Shown here in pieces: positions 1 through 8,151 of a stretch of DNA of 64,000 nucleotides; position 1 is the stretch's first letter, and each line of letters opens with the position of its first letter. The position numbers were made by a program, and so were the translations under genes. This stretch comes from Clostridiales bacterium (GTDB lineage Bacteria > Bacillota > Clostridia > Christensenellales > Aristaeellaceae), in assembly GCA_012523405.1 (NCBI GenBank), contig JAAYIN010000045.1, positions 8,285 through 72,284 of the forward strand. The letters run 5' to 3'. The notes under the pieces were generated by a model that searched no databases, had not been told where the DNA came from, and saw only the letters and a program-made list of their open reading frames with translations.

Positions 1-75
1 TCTTCCTATTATATATGAATAATCACCATATGCATTGATGTTTATGGTAATCTGTCGAACAAACGTAAGAAGTTG

Positions 76-101
76 AAATAAAAAAGCTGCTTATGGCAGC
101 T
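76..101 (-). terminator. Candidate rho-independent terminator downstream of the LytTR regulator gene
   Basis: Stem agctgc/gcagct (85-90 and 96-101) with a 5-nt loop. The A-run at 76-84 on the + strand gives a U-run after the hairpin on the - strand. Confidence 0.45.
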
Positions 102-204
102 GATTAGGCGAGCATTCTCTTTTGAGCGATGCGCGTGGTTGGCTGGATCGTCATAGATCGATAACAATGCAGCAATATATTCCCGAGCGATCGCATCGTG
201 CCCA

Positions 205-954
205 TCAGCGGATACTTCTTGCCATTTCAAATTGATATTGTTGGTATTGATCCCTAAGGGCAATCCGATTGCTTCTGGACAGCATAATTTCCATGTCATT
301 GTTTAATATCACGCGATCATATAAAAACGACTTGATAAAGCTCATGTTGACAATATAGCTGCGCTGCGGCTTGATGAAATACTTCTCATCGAGTTGCTCG
401 AGGAGATCAGCGCGCGTGGTGTAAGTCTTGATGTCATCGTCATGGGTATGAACGGTCGATATCTTGTCCCTCACTTCAATATAGCTGATGCTTGGGATAG
501 AAACCGGAACAACCCCGAGCCCGCTTTTGATTTCAAGCACCTGATCATGGATAAACCCAATGCGCACGAGACATCGTTTCATGGCCTCTGCGAGATCGGT
601 CATCGCGATAGGCTTGACCAAATAATGCATGGCATTAAGCGCGAACGCTTCAATCGCGTGCTCTGTGCCTGTCGATACAAATACCACCAATGCGTTTCGG
701 TGTTTCTTCATGGCGCGGATTGTATCAAGCCCGCTCATCTGATCCATATAGGTATCGATGAAAACAATATCATAGCGTTCGGTGGAAGCGAGATAATCCA
801 AACCATGGGAATAGCTGTTAATATACGGCGTAATGTGGATGTGATTACAATACTCAATTAACATGGCAGATAGACTTTCGACATCGCGAGGAACATCATC
901 ACATATTGCAATACGCAAAATGACCGCATCCTTCCCTTTTTGTAGATTTTGCAT
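205..954 (-). CDS. LytTR-family response regulator (receiver plus LytTR DNA-binding domain), no adjacent histidine kinase
   Basis: Receiver motifs are present: ICDD acidic pair, phospho-acceptor in DIVFIDTYMD, VFVSTG, HYLVKP. The C-terminal half is LytTR-like (ISYIEVRDKISTVHT...QRSYIVNMSFI). The ATG at 954 has a weak RBS. A TTG at 918 (giving MRIAICDD) follows GGGAAGGA by 10 nt and is an equally plausible start. The ORF-track start at 996 overlaps the predicted promoter. Confidence 0.85.
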   Translation of the reverse strand: MQNLQKGKDAVILRIAICDDVPRDVESLSAMLIEYCNHIHITPYINSYSHGLDYLASTERYDIVFIDTYMDQMSGLDTIRAMKKHRNALVVFVSTGTEHAIEAFALNAMHYLVKPIAMTDLAEAMKRCLVRIGFIHDQVLEIKSGLGVVPVSIPSISYIEVRDKISTVHTHDDDIKTYTTRADLLEQLDEKYFIKPQRSYIVNMSFIKSFLYDRVILNNDMEIMLSRSNRIALRDQYQQYQFEMARSIR

Positions 955-966
955 CTTTGTTTCTAT

Positions 967-996
967 ATTATAGCAAACATAGCTATCATAATTCAA
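967..996 (-). promoter_or_regulatory. Candidate sigma-A promoter of the LytTR regulator gene
   Basis: On the - strand: TTGAAT (996-991), 18-nt spacer, TATAAT (972-967). Confidence 0.5.
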
Positions 997-1324
997 GATG
1001 GTAGAATATGTTTAACTTTTTAGTTATTTCGCAAAATGTATAAATAAGGGCGTGAAGTGATGGTTAAATTTTCTTGTTTTGATTTATAATGAGATATGAA
1101 ATGTATGTCTGGATCCAGAATCGATCTGAGAGGCAGATTTATATCTTCAAAATGAGGGAATATTGAAATATTCTACCGATTGTGCTTGATAATTCCAGCG
1201 ATATCAGTTACAATAAATGGAAGGGTTGGAAACAATTCCCCTGAAACTATCATGTGGATGCATGAATGATACTGGATAATGGATAAATCGAGGTCAGAGG
1301 CAACTGGGATTAGCATTCCAGTCA

Positions 1325-1353
1325 TTGTAATCTGACAATCTGTGCATTATACT
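1325..1353 (+). promoter_or_regulatory. Candidate sigma-A promoter of the pilus/adhesin operon
   Basis: TTGTAA (1325-1330), 17-nt spacer, TATACT (1348-1353). It lies about 140 nt upstream of the first ATG of the operon. Confidence 0.45.
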
Positions 1354-1493
1354 CATCTCCAAGCGCACCACGTTGATTAGGTCGATTGTGCTAATGCATC
1401 ATTCGTACCTTCCCACCATTCCATTGATCTTGAAATAATAATTTCTGGTACATCACCCAAAAGATGGACCCATACCATAAGGAGGATATGATC

Positions 1494-3209
1494 ATGAAGA
1501 CTAGAAGGCTTGTTGCAATAACACTGGCGGTTGCGGTGGCTCTATGCAATGTTTGCGTGTTTACATGCGGGCAGGGGAGCTTTATTACCAGTGCTTATGC
1601 TGCGGAAACACAAACTGTGGACGTTACAACACCAAGTCCGCAGGATACTGACCAAGTAGAATCAGATCAAGAAGGCGAACAAGATGGCGGTGAAACAGAC
1701 CCATCCAATCCGCCGTCCGATGATCAGGATTCCCAAGGCGAGTCTTCTGATAAGGATGCGAAGGTTACTTCAAATCCTGTTTCTGTTACCGGTGAGGTGA
1801 AGGAGACAGAGGAGCCCACATCTGAGCTAACTGAAGTAGCTGACACAGAGGAGCCCACATCTGAGCCAACTGAAGTAGCTGACACAGAGGAGCCCACATC
1901 TGAGCCAACTGAAGTAGCTGACACAGAGGAGCCCACATCTGAGCCGACACAAGAAGCAACAGACGCACCAGCTGCTGATGTTGGTTTCTTGTACGTTTCT
2001 GCAAGCGAAGCGATCTACACGAGCGCTAGCCGTACGACAATCCTCGGCACGATGAACGAGGGCGATGTAGTCTATGCTGAAGTAAGCGAAGCGTTTGAAA
2101 ACGGTACACTGTACAAGGCATATTTCGATACCACTAGAACGACTGATGCAGAAAATAGCGAGAGCGGATATTTTTACGCCTCATCAACCACTTGGCTTGT
2201 TGATGGTGATGAAGCTCTTGCAACGATGGTAAGCGTACGCACCGCTGGTGATGTGAGCATCCCATCCGTTGATTTTGTATATGCTGATGAAAAGCAAGAA
2301 GAAATTGATGATGATAAGATTTATGGTAAAGCAACCAGTAATGTGAAATTCAGACAGGAACCCACAATAGATTCTTCCGTCATCTGTGAACTGAACAAAG
2401 GAACAACCGTTGTCGTTATCGGCTCTGTTCAGAATGAAAAGGGCGAGACATGGTACTCCGTTCAGTCCGCTGACAAGACGGGTTACATTCGCGCTGATCT
2501 TGTAGCAGTTGATGGCGATGTACCTGCACTTGGCGGTGACGTGGATCCTGCAGATGAAACGGCAGAACCGACCGAACCTGCAGACGAAACCGAAGAGCCT
2601 GCCGAAGCAACGGAAACTCCGGAGGCCGAGCCTTCCGAAGAACCCGAAGCAACCGAGACTCCTGTGCCTGCTTATACCATCACCGTACTGGCCGGGGACG
2701 CAACAACGCTTGTATCCTACACGATGGAAGAAGGCACAATCCTAGATGCTGCATCGTTTGATGCTTTTATCATGCTCGACCCCGAGCAGACCTTCAAAGG
2801 CTGGTACCTATGCGATGCAAGCGGCAACGTAGAAGGCGCAGTCACATTTGGCGAAGCAGTCACGCAGTCCATCACCATGATCGCTGTGGCTGAGGAGCCG
2901 GTTGCGACGGAAGAGCCATTGCCGAGTGAAGAGCCTGTTGTAGAAGTAGTAGAGCGTAGCGTACATGTAGCTTTACATGCTGATACTGAGGAACTTACGA
3001 TTGGTAGTTCAGTCACACTTGCTGCTACATTGAATGGCTATGAGGAAGTACAATATGACTTCGTCTGGCAGACGGCGGCAATCGACGAACTTGGTAATAT
3101 CATTGGCGATTGGCAGAACACAGAGATCGATACGCTTGAGTTCAGCTACACACTAGCAGAAGACAACCTAATGGCTGCATGGAGAATGTGTGTAACCATT
3201 ACAGAATAA
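1494..3209 (+). CDS. Secreted acidic-repeat protein with SH3b-like domain, one Flg_new-like repeat and a C-terminal Ig-like domain
   Basis: AAGGAGG lies 8 nt upstream of the ATG at 1494. Signal peptide MKTRRLVAITLAVAVALCNV...AYA/AE. Tandem TEEPTSEPTEVAD repeats. SH3b-like block YGKATSNVKFRQEPTIDSSVICELNKGTTVVVIG...WYSVQ...GYIRADLV. F-KGWY motif. No sorting signal. Confidence 0.8.
   Translation: MKTRRLVAITLAVAVALCNVCVFTCGQGSFITSAYAAETQTVDVTTPSPQDTDQVESDQEGEQDGGETDPSNPPSDDQDSQGESSDKDAKVTSNPVSVTGEVKETEEPTSELTEVADTEEPTSEPTEVADTEEPTSEPTEVADTEEPTSEPTQEATDAPAADVGFLYVSASEAIYTSASRTTILGTMNEGDVVYAEVSEAFENGTLYKAYFDTTRTTDAENSESGYFYASSTTWLVDGDEALATMVSVRTAGDVSIPSVDFVYADEKQEEIDDDKIYGKATSNVKFRQEPTIDSSVICELNKGTTVVVIGSVQNEKGETWYSVQSADKTGYIRADLVAVDGDVPALGGDVDPADETAEPTEPADETEEPAEATETPEAEPSEEPEATETPVPAYTITVLAGDATTLVSYTMEEGTILDAASFDAFIMLDPEQTFKGWYLCDASGNVEGAVTFGEAVTQSITMIAVAEEPVATEEPLPSEEPVVEVVERSVHVALHADTEELTIGSSVTLAATLNGYEEVQYDFVWQTAAIDELGNIIGDWQNTEIDTLEFSYTLAEDNLMAAWRMCVTITE
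1803..1945 (+). repeat. In-frame 39-bp tandem repeat, 3.7 copies, encoding (D/E)TEEPTSE(P/L)TEVA
   Basis: Units at 1803-1841, 1842-1880, 1881-1919 and a partial unit at 1920-1945. Units 2 and 3 are identical and unit 1 differs at 2 nt. Confidence 0.95.
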
Positions 3210-3262
3210 TCCCAATTATATGAAATGGTAAACTCAAATTTCAAGCAGTGAGAGGAGAACCA

Positions 3263-6200
3263 ATGATGAGAAATATGTTGAGAAGGATTGCGGCACTGAT
3301 GTTGTGCGCAATAATGCTTCTTTCGATAGTCCCTCTTGGCGTTGCGGAGGATGGCTTGGTTGTGGATGCTCAAGTGGATGCGAAGACTACTGTAGAGGAA
3401 GTAGCTTCTTCGGTAACTACGACGGATGATGTAACAAATCAACTGAATATTGATAGCACAGATGACTCATCTAATGTAGATGTTAAATCTACTGATGTTG
3501 CCATTGGTACGATCAACTATTCACAGCCGATCGTCATTCTTGGCGCTCAAAATAGTAGCAATGCAATCGGAGAAGATACTACAGAGACTTATAAAATTAC
3601 ATTCGACCTGAATGGCGGAACGCAGGTGACTCCAAATGTACTAGAAGTCTTAATAGGTGAAAAAATTAAAGAATTGCCAATTCCTGTTTATTTAGATACT
3701 GCAGAAGGTGATCTGACTAAGCATAAAATGCAGTTCAGCGGTTGGTACTTAAATGCTGAGGGCACTGGCGATAAAGTTACTATTGATACTAATATTACTT
3801 CAAGTTTGACATTGTTTGCAAAGTGGGATGAAATAGATGTTACAAACTCCCATTATTTAAACTATATATATAAGAATGAAACTCTGGCAGAAGTAAAAAC
3901 AACATATGTTGTGTCAGAAGATCATATCTTAAAACCTTATTCGAACATGCCTGTTATAGCTGATATGACGTTTGTAGGATGGTCTAAGAGACAACAAAGT
4001 ACTCTATCATATACAGAATATGATAGATATAAATTTTCATTCAATACAACAATTTCACCAGAATCAATTAAAGTGGATGAGAAATACACACTTTCACTAT
4101 ATGCTTGGTATGCAAAAACTCGTACAGTACAATTTGTTCCAAATGGTGGATTGTCAATTCCGCCTGTTATTCTTTATGAGGGTGAACTCTTACAACAGCC
4201 AATTGTTGTAAGGGAAGGCTATACCTTAGAGGGATGGTATACATCTCAAGAGTTTGATCCGTTAACGAAGGTTACGTTCACCAATGGAGGACATGCGCAG
4301 ATAACTGCATCGTGCACTTTGTATGCCAAGTGGACAGCTCAGAAGGTAGCCGTGAAGCTAGTTTATATGTATGAAAATGCAAACGATGACGACTATTCAC
4401 CTGCGGCAAGAGATGCCACTACTGTATATGCACCTGCTGGTTCATATGTATCTATCAATAAGACTGACAGCATTAGTAACTTGAGCGCAAGTCATAGTGT
4501 TAAGTATGTTTCGGCTGATAGATTAACAAGTGGGGATGCAACGACTACGGCTAATAATACCATTGCGGCTACAATTCAAGATGTGAGTGAGTATCTATAT
4601 CAATACGATCATTTTTCTGAAGATCCTTCATTTGTGAAACCGGATGGTTCTACGATTATATTGATTTACTATAATCGTGCATTAATCACTTTGACTTTCA
4701 CATATCGAATAAGGAATGAAGATAAAAACGACGATGTTGCTACTGACGATGGAAATATTGTGCCTGATACTCAGCACCAAAGACCGGGAGGCACCAATAC
4801 GTCTGGTAGAGCAAAAATCGATGATGATAAATTGGCAGAACTAAGGTCATCTGGATATAATGCTGACTCTACAGCAAATAACACTGCCACTAATCCGATT
4901 CATTTTACATACAAATTTACCGCAAAATACGGTCAAGATATCAGTGCTGTATGGTTGAGGTCAGGTTGGGTTGAAAACAATTCTGATGAAATTACATATA
5001 AGTATGATAAGGGGGCTAGCGATCAAATTGGTACGTTCGCATACACATTTACTGGTTGGATGACCCCTGCAGGAGTAGCTCAAGTAGGTAATATGTATGT
5101 GCTCGATAAAACTTTATTTGTAACTGGAACTGAGAATAGTCCAGTGTATCATACGACAATTTTCGAGAACAAATTGGTTGCGTCAGGCCAGTTATACGCT
5201 GTTGCATCGCCTTCATCTGATATGCTTTGGATGATATATGCAGTTGAAGCTCTATCAGGAACTACAGGAGATTTTGAGACACAAAGACAAGATGGAACAG
5301 TACTTAAGTCTTATATAATTGATCATACACAAATTGTAAGGCAAACAGGTCACTTCGGCTCAAAGGGTATGGGTGATGGCTTTATAGCGTTACCTTACAA
5401 TGTACCGTTCGGAAGAAATACAAGATCGTTAACGGATTCGAAGGTTGGACCATTTACTAACGCAGGGACAGATGAATACGTAACCCCAACATCGAATAAT
5501 ACTACATTTGAGGGAAAATTTCTGAATGTATTTGCCGATGAACTTAATGGCCAGGAAGAATTTCCTAACACAGATACACAACAAATCCATTTATATAAAA
5601 GAAATAACTTCGTGTTAAAACTTGTTTCAAACGATGGAACGCAGCAAGAATATGTGAAGTCACTTCAATATCAAGCTCCACTTATGGAGGAAATTATTGC
5701 TTCTGAAAAAACGTTAAGTAAAGATGATTATACGTTTGTTGGGTGGTATACAAGTTCTGACTTTAACGAAGGCTCAAAATTTGAGGTTTCTGATAAATCA
5801 ATAATGCCAAATGCTAATATGACATTACATGGAAAATGGGAATCAACAAAGTTTCATGTTGTATATTATTATTCTACTCAGTCTGATCAAATGTTCAAAG
5901 AGCCATTTGGTGTGACAGAAAATGCTTATCTTACGGATTATGAGATGGACAAAGCATACAAGGATAACTTTGACTGTTGGGGCTGGTATCCGCCGAATTC
6001 CAATACACTAATACGTTTTGATTTTGCCATTCCTGTTGGTCGTCTGTTTACAGACGATAGCGACACATTAAAGCTCTATGGAATGTGGAAAGAGACTGAT
6101 GCTACGGTTACTTACGATCCCGGCAGTCAGGGCAAAAATGCATTGGTTGTTACAGATGAAACAAAGTACAAAACTGGAACGGGTGTATTTGAACTACCTG

Positions 6201-7087
6201 ACTATAAAACAAAATGGCCTGATGGCGTCCCTGTGGATGAAGATTATGTTTTTGTTGGTTGGAAAGCACCAAATGATAAAATATATCAACCAGGAGAAGA
6301 GCTTGTTGTTCTATCTTCGCAAATGACATTTGTTGCCCAGTGGGAAGAATGCAAAAATGCTTTTCAAATAATTTATGATGCGAATGGTGGAATGGGTAAT
6401 AACGATCCCACAATCAAGACCTATTCATTTGCTCTGACTGGTTCTGGTGAATATAAGGACACTCCGATCTGGGATAATGAACTTCAATTTAAACAATATT
6501 TTACTTTTGCAGGTTATGAGCTGATGGGTTGGTCTAAGCTGCCAGAAGGCCCTGTAGACTATAAAATAGGCGAGGGGACGATAAGGTTAGAGAAAGGAAA
6601 ACCAACAACCCTCTATGCTATCTGGAAACCCACGACAGTAGCTATTACGATTAAGAAGGTTGTTACTGGCGGCTTCGGGGATGTAGACAAGGCTTTTAGT
6701 TTTAACGCTACTGTTACACCTAAAAATGGAGTAAGTACTACAGTGGAGTTCACACTAAAGAATGGTGATGAGGGGCACTTGCTTAAAGATGTTCCAATCG
6801 GTTCAAAGTTAGTAATTGAAGAAACAGGCGCAGGTGACTACGAACTTTCGGTTACAGCTACTGGAATTGTCGAGGGGTCGCTAAGTGGTTTTGTGTACAC
6901 TGTTTCTGAAGTTAAAAAGAGCAAAGTTGATGATGACATTCTCATTACATTCACCAACAACAAAGAAGCAACCATCGACACTGGTGTTCTTCTTGACTCC
7001 TTGCCCTACATACTGATCCTTGGAGCAGCGGTAGCTGGCATTGTGATATTCCTACTTCGGAAGCGTCGCCGTGATGATGAAGAGTAA
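3263..7087 (+). CDS. Giant sortase-anchored surface adhesin (putative pilus tip protein) with Flg_new/Listeria-Bacteroides repeats and a C-terminal pilin-type isopeptide domain
   Basis: Signal peptide MMRNMLRRIAALMLCAIMLLSIVPLGVAEDG. At least 7 repeats carry the F/L-xGW(Y/S/K)...(L/F)(Y/H/V)(A/G)xW signature (for example YTLEGWYTSQEF...CTLYAKW). The C-terminal domain is VAITIKKVVTGGFGDVDKAFSFNATV...LVIEETGAGDYEL...ITFTNNKEA. It ends with TIDTG, a hydrophobic helix and RKRRRDDEE. Confidence 0.85.
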   Translation: MMRNMLRRIAALMLCAIMLLSIVPLGVAEDGLVVDAQVDAKTTVEEVASSVTTTDDVTNQLNIDSTDDSSNVDVKSTDVAIGTINYSQPIVILGAQNSSNAIGEDTTETYKITFDLNGGTQVTPNVLEVLIGEKIKELPIPVYLDTAEGDLTKHKMQFSGWYLNAEGTGDKVTIDTNITSSLTLFAKWDEIDVTNSHYLNYIYKNETLAEVKTTYVVSEDHILKPYSNMPVIADMTFVGWSKRQQSTLSYTEYDRYKFSFNTTISPESIKVDEKYTLSLYAWYAKTRTVQFVPNGGLSIPPVILYEGELLQQPIVVREGYTLEGWYTSQEFDPLTKVTFTNGGHAQITASCTLYAKWTAQKVAVKLVYMYENANDDDYSPAARDATTVYAPAGSYVSINKTDSISNLSASHSVKYVSADRLTSGDATTTANNTIAATIQDVSEYLYQYDHFSEDPSFVKPDGSTIILIYYNRALITLTFTYRIRNEDKNDDVATDDGNIVPDTQHQRPGGTNTSGRAKIDDDKLAELRSSGYNADSTANNTATNPIHFTYKFTAKYGQDISAVWLRSGWVENNSDEITYKYDKGASDQIGTFAYTFTGWMTPAGVAQVGNMYVLDKTLFVTGTENSPVYHTTIFENKLVASGQLYAVASPSSDMLWMIYAVEALSGTTGDFETQRQDGTVLKSYIIDHTQIVRQTGHFGSKGMGDGFIALPYNVPFGRNTRSLTDSKVGPFTNAGTDEYVTPTSNNTTFEGKFLNVFADELNGQEEFPNTDTQQIHLYKRNNFVLKLVSNDGTQQEYVKSLQYQAPLMEEIIASEKTLSKDDYTFVGWYTSSDFNEGSKFEVSDKSIMPNANMTLHGKWESTKFHVVYYYSTQSDQMFKEPFGVTENAYLTDYEMDKAYKDNFDCWGWYPPNSNTLIRFDFAIPVGRLFTDDSDTLKLYGMWKETDATVTYDPGSQGKNALVVTDETKYKTGTGVFELPDYKTKWPDGVPVDEDYVFVGWKAPNDKIYQPGEELVVLSSQMTFVAQWEECKNAFQIIYDANGGMGNNDPTIKTYSFALTGSGEYKDTPIWDNELQFKQYFTFAGYELMGWSKLPEGPVDYKIGEGTIRLEKGKPTTLYAIWKPTTVAITIKKVVTGGFGDVDKAFSFNATVTPKNGVSTTVEFTLKNGDEGHLLKDVPIGSKLVIEETGAGDYELSVTATGIVEGSLSGFVYTVSEVKKSKVDDDILITFTNNKEATIDTGVLLDSLPYILILGAAVAGIVIFLLRKRRRDDEE

Positions 7088-7098
7088 TGGTGATGTGA

Positions 7099-7425
7099 AT
7101 GGATAATAGGAAATCGACCAGAAGGAGAGCCTCGCAGCAGCCCGAGCCAATTGAACCCGCACCCATTGTCAATCGCGAGCAAAAGCGCATTGCACAGTGG
7201 CTCAACAAGGTCAAGTTTCGCAAGCAGCTCTTTGGAGGTGTCAGCGAGCGTGATGTGTGGAAGAAGATTACGGAGCTCAATGAACTATACAACGAGGCGA
7301 TCTTCGCAGAGCGAGTAAGGTATAACACTTTGCTGGATCAATGGCGCAGAGCCAATCAGGCGGGCGGCAACGCCCGCAAGCACTACAGCAATAACAATCG
7401 AGACAACGGAGGAGAAGGGGAGTGA
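7099..7425 (+). CDS. Small basic cytoplasmic protein with DivIVA-like N-terminal motif
   Basis: No signal peptide. The block WLNKVKFRKQLFGGVSERDVWKKITELNELYNEAI fits the DivIVA/GpsB N-domain pattern (F-x4-G(G/Y)-x4-V). Its stop overlaps the next start (GTGA at 7422-7425). Confidence 0.6.
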   Translation: MDNRKSTRRRASQQPEPIEPAPIVNREQKRIAQWLNKVKFRKQLFGGVSERDVWKKITELNELYNEAIFAERVRYNTLLDQWRRANQAGGNARKHYSNNNRDNGGEGE

Positions 7426-7973
7426 AGAAAAAGAAAAAGAAGCTTGGATCGATCGCGGATGTTATCGCAAAGCGTAAGAGCAAGCTCTTCACTCAAGAAG
7501 GTTACCGAAGCCTACTCATCCGGTTGATCGTGATTGTAGTAGCGGGATATCTACTCTTAACTCAGGTATTCCTAATCACTCAGGCAACTGGCATGGACAT
7601 GTTCCCCGCTGTCAAGGACGGCGACCTGATGATCGCCTTCAGACTGCAGCAGGATTATGTGACGGATGATGTGGTGGTGTATGTTGCCGATGGCAAACAG
7701 CGCTGCGGACGCATTGTCGCTACGGAATATGATTCTGTTGATCTCAGCGATGGCGGTTCTCTCAGGGTCAACGGCACGACACAAGGCGGAGAAATCCTGT
7801 ATCCAACCTATGCCAAAGAGGGGATTGAGTACCCCTACCGTACCCCAGCAGGATGTGTGTTCATCCTTGGTGATTATCGTACGCAAGCCACGGACAGCCG
7901 AGACTTCGACGCCATACCAATGGCAGATGTCCAAGGCAAGGTGATCACCATACTCCGAAGGCGTGGACTGTAA
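7422..7973 (+). CDS. SipA/LepA-like signal peptidase I homologue with the catalytic dyad replaced (putative pilin chaperone)
   Basis: GGAGGAG lies 6 nt upstream of the GTG start. N-terminal TM helix. S26 boxes are recognisable: box B TGMDMFPAV (Asp59 where Ser is expected), box C KDGDLMI, box D GRIVATEYDSV (Gly96 where Lys of KR(I/V)IGLPGD is expected), box E LGDYRTQATDSRDFDAIP. Confidence 0.85.
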   Translation: MKKKKKKLGSIADVIAKRKSKLFTQEGYRSLLIRLIVIVVAGYLLLTQVFLITQATGMDMFPAVKDGDLMIAFRLQQDYVTDDVVVYVADGKQRCGRIVATEYDSVDLSDGGSLRVNGTTQGGEILYPTYAKEGIEYPYRTPAGCVFILGDYRTQATDSRDFDAIPMADVQGKVITILRRRGL

Positions 7974-8151
7974 GGTTTATGCCAATGGATACCCGCTCAT
8001 CGCATGAGCATAGCCGCATGCTCTGGTGGGCAGAGCAAACCCCAAGCGCGGGACTTTCGTCCCGATTCGCTAAGAGGAACAACCACAGGTTATTTCCATG
8101 GAAAGCATCCGCTTTTCGTAGGCAATAAATCAAAAAATGGAGGCATGTCAC

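Noticed and set aside
42-299. 85-aa ORF on the - strand downstream of, and overlapping, the LytTR gene
   Set aside because: It overlaps the regulator's 3' end by 95 nt and reads straight through the terminator hairpin at 85-101. It has no RBS and no recognisable motif.
394-861. 155-aa ORF antisense to the LytTR regulator
   Set aside because: It lies entirely inside a well-supported gene on the other strand, with no RBS or motifs. This is a typical shadow ORF.
997-1463. c-di-GMP or other riboswitch in the long region upstream of the adhesin operon
   Set aside because: I looked for the conserved GEMM-I/II cores (for example ACGCAAAGC or CCCGCC-type elements) and found none. A covariance-model scan would be the decisive test.
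1803-1945. Possible CRISPR array
   Set aside because: The repeats are directly adjacent with no spacers, lie in-frame within a coding sequence, and no cas genes are present.
1724-2004. 70-72-aa - strand ORFs over the acidic repeat region
   Set aside because: These are repetitive artefacts of the 39-bp tandem repeat read on the opposite strand.
3263-7087. Cpa-like thioester domain in the tip adhesin
   Set aside because: No Cys in a suitable context and no TQxA(I/V)W-like motif is visible. The only cysteines lie in Flg_new repeats.
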